DNA of 64,000 bases from Octopus sinensis. Taxonomy: Eukaryota. The notes under the pieces are model-generated. The model saw only the letters and a list, made by a program, of their open reading frames with translations. It did not search any database and was not told the origin of the DNA. Positions 54,890-64,000 of this stretch are shown here, piece after piece. The stretch's first letter is position 1; each line of letters opens with the position of its first letter. A program made the translations under genes and the position numbers. The stretch spans positions 96,410,001-96,474,000 of the forward strand of contig NC_042997.1 of the NCBI RefSeq assembly GCF_006345805.1, in the 5' to 3' direction.

Positions 54890-56399
54890 CCCTTTAATCA
54901 AAATTCATAATCTACACACCTTTTATTCATAGCTATCCTAAAGAATATCGTTAAAAGCACAACAAATTAAATTTATTTAGGTCTATTACAAATTGTAATA
55001 AGTAAAACTTCTAGATATGAATAGAAGAGCACTTTTATAATCCAGGCAAGTTTCGAAGACAAACAGGGCGCACTTTGCGCTTCGCGAAATCAGTTAGGAA
55101 TAATCAAGCTGAGAGCTAAGTTCGTGTTCAATAGATATCATAAGCAATCCACAAATTCTGGTACACGCTCGTGGTGCAATGTAATATGTTTACAAGAACG
55201 TTTGCAGGTATAATGTATTACTATCTTATTTCCTGAAATTTTCAGTTAACATATATAGTTTAATACTTGTTCAACATCTTAGCCAAAGTAAATAGCTGAC
55301 TTATCTACATACTTTGATCTTAACATGGAGCCCTTCAACTGCAGAGGCCCCCTGCAGTCGCAGAGGTTGCAGGGGCTTAGCAATGGCCCTGCTTATAATG
55401 TCTTACCGATATTTCGGTGTTTGCTTATTTCTTATTTGAGTCTTTTCAAAATTATAAGAATTTTGTCTCCATTTTGTTATTTAAGTATTATTTTTCAATT
55501 TTATTTATTATTATATTTATATAATGCTTGATTAGGGTTTGGCTGCAGATGTAACTCTATTAAATGTGGGCTGAGTTATCTTGGTACTATCGCAACTACT
55601 GAAGAGATTACTTCATTCAAACTGTTGATAGTATGCACATCGATTCCATGCACATAATTTCATGTCGGTTTCTATCCCAAATGTGAATTCTTTCGTAGCG
55701 TCTAAGTGTCTATATATTCTTTTGCATTTGAAGCAAGATCGCTAGTTGATTAAAGATTACTGATGTTGCAGTGTTTTCTTATTTAATACGTGTAATATAC
55801 TAATTATCAGTTGTACATACTCGGCTTGCTCAGTTTTTTTTTATTATTTTATGGTAATCAAAACGTTCATTCCATCATGACGAATGGTTCTCCTATATGC
55901 TAATTGCATTTACACCCCTGTAGAATACTGTTTAAAAAAATGTTTTGCATGAAAATCATAACTAATTCCTGCTCTAATTCAGAAAATATGTCTCGGATGC
56001 ATATCTGAGGAATCGTTCAAAACCAGTTTCATACGATACTTATTTATCTTTGGTTATAACGATTCTGCCAGAAATGTTTCAGATTCTACGGAAAACTAAC
56101 TTTAATTCAGGTTAAAATGTGATTCAGCTAGGGGAAAATTTTTAGTATGAAACGGTAAATATTAACTCAGTTTCACCAAATAGAGTGTCCTTTTAAACAG
56201 TGTGTAATATTTTGAGCCCATGATGGAACTTTCAATTTATGTTGACAAATTTCTTTAATATCTGATGCTCCGAACATACTATCAGTGAAGATTTTATTTT
56301 CATAACTTTCTTCTTTACATTCGGAGTTAAATTTCCTCTGGGGTTAAGTTCAATTTTCCTCATTTCGGGGTCGATGTAAACGTCTAGACCTATCCTTTC

Positions 56400-57480
56400 G
56401 AATTTCCGACCTTGTGCATTTAGAAAAGAAAGAGAAAACCCTTATTAGTGGTAGTGTTCTTAATGCACTTGTTTTAATTACATGGCCAAAAACTTGTTTA
56501 TTTCAATTTCAGCGTCATTGTATTTTAATTTCTCCACCTCCTTCTGGCTATTGTTTCTATCAAAATATAGGAAAAAATAAGCGTATCAATAATTTCATTT
56601 CACTATTTGATGATTGTGTCTGGATGGATTCAAGTAATTTTCTTGTCTGACATGATTGTGTAAACAACATAACATTGTCATATACGATGTTCTTTGTGTG
56701 ATAACAATATCTGCTCACTCTTGACTTCAAATGTCAATTTATTGATATATCATATAATTTGCAGAACTGCTGATACGATCGTTTCTGTAAATATAATTTG
56801 TCTTAGCAACCACTTGGCAGTATACTTGGATTTGGCAAAATTAGATACAATATGGATGTTGAACTGATGGCATAATCTGTGATTGATGTCAGCATGCCTT
56901 TCATTAAATGTTTTACTTTTTAGCTGCGTATGGTTCTGCATTGGTCGTGTGTTGTAAAATCAAACCCGATGTTTTTGCTTTTAAACAAAGAGCATCTGAC
57001 CACTATTGATTTTTGTCATAGCGTACAATGTCTATTCGTATTAGTCTACTCGTGCAGGATATTAGCTCTGAAGTTAATTTTGTCTTCATTCCTCAGAATA
57101 TTTTCGAATTCTTTTGTAATTTTGTTTTTATATCTTAAAATGTTTCCATACTTCAATCCTGATCTAAACATTTTCTTTGGTAGAGTTATTTTCCATCTTA
57201 TATTTTATTTTTCACTTATATATCGTGAAAATATATTTTTTCATGATTCTTTATTAAAGTTACATAGCTGGCTTCTAAATATTTTTCTTGCTGCTTCTTA
57301 TTTTGTAGTAGTTTTATATTTGTATCGTACACCGCCTTCTTTGGTTGGTATATTCGTTCTAAACCAATTTTAATGTCATATCTTCGAAGAAATTTCGGAA
57401 ATTTTCAACTTTTTTTGCTATTGAAGCAGTTCAATTCAAATTGAGGGCTAAAGTATGTGTTTCTACTATTATATTTCAAT
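56400..57480 (-). mobile_element. Decayed Penelope-like element (linker plus GIY-YIG region)
   Basis: Reverse-strand remnants in order: WF.., NIPTKEG, HCTL.KSIV, KTFNERHADI..KYTAKWLL (compare TFKERY..H..IKWSIL). Confidence 0.5.
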
Positions 57481-57550
57481 CATTAAGTTACGTTTCCATA
57501 TTTGTTTGACATTTTTTATAATTTACCTTTCTGTGCATTGGATTTTATCA

Positions 57551-57599
<49 letters not shown>

Positions 57600-57611
57600 T
57601 CATATATATAT

Positions 57612-58257
57612 AATGATGAACGGAAGAAAATGGAGAATTATGGATGTTTAAATAATTTATTTGTATGGTTTAATGAGGTTGAAAGTCTTTTATAAAAACA
57701 ATGCAAATGAATTATAAATTATAAAACTATAAAAGAAATGGCAGATGCCAAATATCTACATATATGTTTCGATTCATGCCCCTAAATGACTGGTAATTTT
57801 AGGCATTTGGGTAAGGTCTCACTAAGAATTGGTCATGATTTTCTACTATATGGAGCAGAATTTCATCAGAGCGTTATGGGCTTATACTAGAAAAGTTAAC
57901 ACAATACATATGTTCTAACTTCTTAAACTTATTAATAATTCGTTTGCATCTTTCACGAAATATGTTAACATTTGTAGTATAAGATCATAAAACACTGTTG
58001 AGATTCTGTCTCATATAATTGAAAATGATGACCAATTTTTAGTATAAGACTCTATCCAAATACTTAGAATTAGTAATCACCTAGGGGCATGAAGCGAAAT
58101 ATATATGTAAGTTTTTGGCATCTGCAATTTCTTTTAGAGCTTTATAATGTATAATTTGTGTGTATTGCTTTTATAAAAAAAAACTTTCAACCTCATTTTA
58201 TCATACAAATAGATGATTTAAACATCTTTAATTCTCCATGTTCTTCCTTTCATCATT
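57612..58257. mobile_element. Large fold-back element (~290 bp arms, ~60 bp spacer) with a hammerhead-like motif in each arm
   Basis: Arms 57612-57902 and 57962-58257. Left arm reverse complement: CTGATGA-AATTC..GAATC-GAAA-CATATATG-TA. Right arm: CTGTTGA-GATTC..GAAGC-GAAA-TATATATG-TA. Confidence 0.85.
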
Positions 58258-58394
58258 AGTAACAATATGTATGACTATAATAATGGTCATATCGCCGAGA
58301 CTTTCTCCTTATATGATAGTGATTAAGCACATACATTTTTGGGTTATTTAACCCCTAATGAGAATATGACATCCTCGAAGTGACTGTATATACA

Positions 58395-58431
<37 letters not shown>

Positions 58432-58879
58432 ATCTATAATTTTTCCAGTCTGCGGAGAAATGGGTAAAATTCGCCCTATTTATAATTATACTGTATGTTA
58501 TATATATAAATATATATATATATATATGAATGTATGTATGTATTTATGTATGAATGTATGTATATATTTATGTATGCATGTATGCATGTTTGCATGTATA
58601 TATTTTCATGACAATTTCTGGATTAATATTCCGAATTCTATTTTAATGTGTAACATTTCGTTTGAAGCTTTTGTTAATATCCCCCATTTTATAGTAGCTC
58701 TTGTGTATTTGCCTTATCTCATATATCTTCTTATATTTTGAATATATATATGAACAACATTTACTAGTAGTTTAAACTGAATAATCCCTCTGAATATTTT
58801 CTAGTTATGATGTACTTTTTCTCCGTAGCATATGTAGTTCACTTGATTATTTTCAACAGATTTATAGAACAAATGTTAG

Positions 58880-59230
58880 GTAAATGCACTGGGGAAATAT
58901 TGACATTCCCTGGAAGGATATCTCTGCTCATGAATATACGATTCATTTTAATTATCTTTCCGACATTTGATTGTGAACTGTTGCATTATCCTGGGGCAGG
59001 AGCCCTAACCTTTTCCAGCGAAATTTCTTCTTGCACGTCCTCAGAGCGGCCACAAAGTATACTTTGATAACTGCCAATTGAGATGTTGCTCTTGCTGTCG
59101 AAAAAGTGAATCATCGTGAGATTCCAGTTGACTTGATATTCCTGGCCTCTTGTGCCAGCGAAAAACAGATGCTCGCCTCAGACAAGTTTTGCAATAAGCA
59201 TTGTGAAGCGCTTCAAAAGTTTCTGCATCG
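58880..59230 (-). mobile_element. Mariner catalytic-domain relic
   Basis: Reverse-strand LLPQDNATVH (second D of the mariner triad). Confidence 0.5.
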
Positions 59231-59832
59231 TTTTTACCTAGTTTACTGATGTTGTTGCTTTGCTTTTTAACGGTGAATGATTGATATATTCCATTATTTG
59301 AATACTGTCAAATATTTTCTGACAATCTAGGCCATAGTAAAGTATATTTTCTTGTTTCTACTGTATTCTTTCGAAGCTCTGTTCACAACTATTTGCAATA
59401 TACATTCACACATTCTTTCCTAGCACCATATTTTTTTCTTTTGGTAGTATATTATTATCAAAGTGAATAACTCGTTGAGTAAGGATATAAAAGTTTACTA
59501 TGTTATTGGCAGGGAAGATATATTTCTACAATTTGTAATCACCTGTATGCTTCTCTGAGAATTAATGTTGTTTTTCCTCCAGCACTCAATCACATTTGGG
59601 TTCTGGTCTGCTTCCGATGTATTTGAAAAAGTTTATATACACCTATGGGTACTGGTCAAGAACTTCAGCTGGAAACAGGGACCTAATCAATACTTGATGC
59701 ATATCAACTACTTGCAAAACTTTACCTTGTCGGACAAAAGGCCCAGTAGCATTTATTCTAGGTCTTGACGTTGTGAATTCAAATACCGGCGTGGCCAGCT
59801 TCTTCTTTCAGTCATACGGGATTGATAATATA

Positions 59833-60249
59833 TATATTGTATTGGCCAGAAAGTCCGTTCACTTTTTGTCGACAATAAACATCAACACTCTAATAAGTAG
59901 CTTACTTCAATCTGTACATTGCGAATGTGCACTCGTTAGATACTTGACACTTCAACGTAGTATGACACGAAGATGCGATGAAACAGGTTGTATTTTGTGT
60001 GCTTGGGATCACCCTGAAAACAGAGAACCAAAACGAACACATCATAATTTTATATACCTAAGAGGCAAGTGAACGCCGACATCTGCAGGAAGGTATATAT
60101 TGTACACGGAGAGGATGCTGTTACGGAACCTGAGTGCCAGAAATAGTTTCAAGATTTCGATCAGGAAACTATTTGGCTCAAGATGCACCTTGGTCCAGGC
60201 GTATGACTGAGATGGACAGTGACAACATGAAGGTGTTAGTCGACACCAA

Positions 60250-60250
<1 letters not shown>
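59833..60250 (+). mobile_element. Mariner (Mos1-like) 5' fragment
   Basis: TIR-like tattgtattggccagaaagtccgt; VHGEDAVTE.ECQ..RFRSGNY..QDAPWSRR..DSDNMKVLV. Confidence 0.8.
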
Positions 60251-60318
<68 letters not shown>

Positions 60319-60338
60319 CAGCAGCAGTAGTAGTAGTG

Positions 60339-60392
<54 letters not shown>
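60250..60392. repeat. (TAG)n microsatellite
   Basis: Direct reading. Confidence 0.97.
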
Positions 60393-61387
60393 TGTCTAAA
60401 ATTGATAACATATATTACAAACTGTAATATATTGGAGATCATTAAATCATACGTACTAATTTCGATATGAAACTTTAGTCTAATTAAAATAAATTGCTTA
60501 CCATTATATTCTTGTGCTTCTACGTAAATATTGTTATTTTCTCCTACTGCAGGATATTTGTATGAAAATTTGATGATATCTCATTGTATTGTTGGTGGCG
60601 CCGATTCTGGTACTGGCTACAGTGCATGGTTGTAAGGGTCTGTATTATTGTAGTACCGGTTGTAGTGGTGGTGGTTCTGTTGGTGATAGTAGTGCTGGTG
60701 TGTAGCTTAGGTGGTGAAAGTTTGTTGGCACAAAACGTTGATATAATTCTGCAACTGATATTTTCCCGTTGTGTGTGTGTGCTGTGTGTGTGTGTGTGTG
60801 TGTGTGTGCGTTGTTGTTGTTGTTTTTTCATATTTAATCAGTCTCACTGAAATCATACCATGAATAGGAAAGGAAATAATAACGAGAAGGAAATATTTTT
60901 TTTGATTTTGTAAAATATTATTCAAAACAGTAAAAAACGTTAAGAAAAGCATGAATGGAAAGAAAACGAAATAAAATTGTTTGCAATATAATAAAAACTC
61001 GAAAACTAAAACCATAAAAAAATCGTTAATGTATTGAAGGTCAAACTGCTTCCCATTCATGGCGTCATTCTTGCTTTCTTTCTGTCGCTAGTGAGTCGGG
61101 AAAATGGTCGTACAATCATAAGACACTTAACGAAGTCACGAAAAATCAAAGTTTTATATAATGTTTATTATTAATTAGGTTCCCAAAGATTCACAACGGA
61201 TCTGACTGTGTTTGTTTTTGCCTTTAATATAACAGCATTTTACGTCTTGATTCCATAATATCGGTGCAATTATATATAGATAAAATAGTGTGTAGATGTT
61301 TGTTTGTTGTCATTGTTGTTTATGTCTATTTCAACGAAGGTTATGTGGACGTATGTTCTAACTGTGACGATACTCTGTTATTTATAA

Positions 61388-61461
61388 GGCGGCGAGCTGG
61401 CAGAATCGTTAGCTCTCCGGGCGAAATGCTTAGCGGTATTTCGCCTGCCGTTACATTCTGC
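61388..61461 (+). mobile_element. SINE family B head
   Basis: ggcggcgagctggcagaatcgttagc..ccgggcgaaatgcttagcggtatttcg. Confidence 0.85.
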
Positions 61462-61494
61462 AGAATTTGAAACCAGAACGTACCGGTAAACAAA

Positions 61495-61730
61495 ATACCT
61501 ATTTCTTTACTACCCACAACGGGCTAAACACAGAGAGGACAAACAAGGACAGACAAACAGATTAAGTCGATTATATCGACCCCAGTGCTTAACTGGTACT
61601 TATTAAATCGACCACGAAAGGATGAAAGGCAAAGTCGACCTCGGCGGAATTTGAACTCAGAACGTAGCGGCAGACGAAATACCGCTAAGCATTTCGCCCA
61701 GCGTGCTAACGATTGTGCCAGCTCGCCCCG
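61495..61730 (-). mobile_element. SINE family B, full length (Meta-like central domain)
   Basis: Reverse complement: head, B box gagttcaaattcc, then gactttgcctttcatcctttcg..aagtaccag. Confidence 0.9.
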
Positions 61731-61812
61731 CGTTCACTTAATAATAATAAACACCCACACACACATACGCACACATGCACACACAAACAAACACATACAC
61801 ACAAAACACACA

Positions 61813-61867
<55 letters not shown>

Positions 61868-62627
61868 TCACATACAAACATCACAAATATATACATATAA
61901 GTTGATGTACATGTGATTGAAATGTTTATGAATGCGTTTGTATTTGAATATGTATGTATGAGAGTGAACGTCATTTCAAGTAGTTTATGTTTTCTCAGTA
62001 TATATAAGATGAGATGTTAGCAAATATAGGCACAGCTACAGAGTCCGATATAATTTAAACACTCATACTTTTCGAATTATTCTCTTCCCTGAGAGCAACT
62101 TCTTTTAATATTGAAGTTGGATTCCTTCCATCAACATCAATTTAAACTGCTTTTCTCATCCACAAATTCTTAAGTATTGGCACGGTCCCTAGACGACATG
62201 ATTGCAAGATTTGTCATTTCGTCTCAATAATTTAATACCATATACATAAATAACAAATATTTTAAATTGCCTGAAGTATTTCAAAAATGCTGACATTGCT
62301 CTACAGACATGTTTGTAAACATATTTTTCATCTAAATTTTAATTTGTCTACATTTTGATTATTGGAAGTATGGTCTATTTATATATCTACAATGTTTTTT
62401 GGTGTTGATTTTGTCCCACTTAAATACGTAAGACTAACGGGGAAATGTTTGGGCTATATTGAGATTAAAAATCAAATTTAAATATTTCTTACAAGTGAAT
62501 CATATGCATCAATATAAACAGTGGTATTTCATTTTCCTTAACAAATATACATAGATACATAGACACACACACATACACACACACACACACACACTCACGC
62601 ATACAAACGCACACACACACACACACA

Positions 62628-62676
<49 letters not shown>

Positions 62677-63090
62677 GGCGCAGGAGTGGCTGTGTGGTAA
62701 GTAGCTTGCTAACCAACCACATGGTTCCGGGTTCAGTCCCACTGCGTGGCATCTTGGGCAAGTGTCTTCTGCTATAGCCCCGGGCCGACCAATGCCTTGT
62801 GAGTGGATTTGGTAGACGGAAACTGAAAGAAGCCTGTCGTATATATGTATATATATATATGTATGTGTGTGTGTCTGTGTTTGTTCCTCTAGCATTGCTT
62901 GACGACCGATGCTGGTGTGTTTACGTCCCCGTTACTTAGCGGTTCGGCAAAAAGAGACCGATAGAATAAGTACTGGGCTTACAAAAAAAAAGAATAAATC
63001 CCGGGGTCGAGTTGCTCGACTAAAGGCGGTGCTCCAGCATGGCCGCAGTCAAATGACTGAAACAAGTAAAAGAGTAAAGAGTAAAGAGTA
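62677..63090 (+). mobile_element. SINE family A, full length, young
   Basis: Same structure as, and near-identical to, 38655-39073. Confidence 0.96.
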
Positions 63091-63113
63091 TATATATATA
63101 CATATATATATAC

Positions 63114-63155
<42 letters not shown>

Positions 63156-63516
63156 TTATGTATGCATGTGTATATGTATATATGAATGATGTATATATCT
63201 TGTGTATATTCACGAGCAAACTATAGACGTATTGTTGGGAGAGAAGTATGCATTTATGAAAAGCACTGAATATACTTCAAAAAAATATCTTCATCAAATT
63301 AATTGGCAACACATTTATCTGCGAATAGACCTCCGTTGTATGATAGCTGACGTAAGTTTGTGAAAACAGTAGCTGAGGCAAATAAAAAAAAAACATGTGC
63401 GTGCACACGTAATACATACGTACATGTAAGCATGCATATGTGTATGTGTGTATCTCTATGTGTGTGTAGGTGTGTGACTGTGTTTGTGTATATATGAATA
63501 TATATAAATATATATA

Positions 63517-63547
<31 letters not shown>

Positions 63548-64000
63548 CAATAATATAAATAATATATAAATATATGCATATATACATACATATATGTACA
63601 TACCTACATATATATGTATATATATATATATGCATACATGCGTACAGGACATTAAAAAGACGTTGAACACAATGAGAAACGAAAACAAAAGCAAAAACAT
63701 AGAAACGAACTTTTTTTCGGACAACGAAAAAAACAAACAGAGAAACGAGACATACAACGTAAAGAATATTCTCCTTCTGCAGTTGTCTCTATTTCAACTA
63801 CTCCACAGGGCGAAGGCAAGGACAAGACGCGACTTCGTTGAAACAATCCTTCCCGCAAAACAAATCAAATCAAATTTGGGATTTTTTGCAGAGGGTGAAA
63901 GTGGTAACAAGAGCAGGACAATGAGATCAAAACAATAAACACAATAAAAAAGTAAAAGCAGTAAAAGACAGAACAATGAGAACAAAACAGTAAAAGCAAA

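Noticed and set aside
62677-62760. tRNA gene suggested by A and B boxes
   Set aside because: SINE head with no complete cloverleaf; continues into the SINE body.

Overview
AT-rich, microsatellite-dense eukaryotic (metazoan) DNA with no intact host protein-coding gene that I can support. The SINE and RTE families resemble those of octopus genomes (inference from repeat recognition, no search run). Most ORF-track calls are microsatellite artefacts. The window is a transposon landscape. It holds a 5'-truncated, young-looking RTE LINE with a PHD finger inside the RT and a structured 3' UTR, stacked R4/Dong-type REL retrotransposons in (TAA)n, L1/Tx1 relics, and a three-level nest (Tc1 > piggyBac > SINE). 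It also has mariner relics, about 15 tRNA-derived SINEs of three families, decayed Penelope-like relics and local duplications. Two signals stand out. (1) Four unrelated fold-back (long inverted-repeat) elements each carry a minimal type-I hammerhead ribozyme motif in both arms, pointing outward; one has a compensatory G3:C8 core swap. (2) A recurrent structured motif, a covarying stem followed by an invariant ATAGCAGTCAA, is shared by three otherwise dissimilar repeats and matches no motif I recognise.
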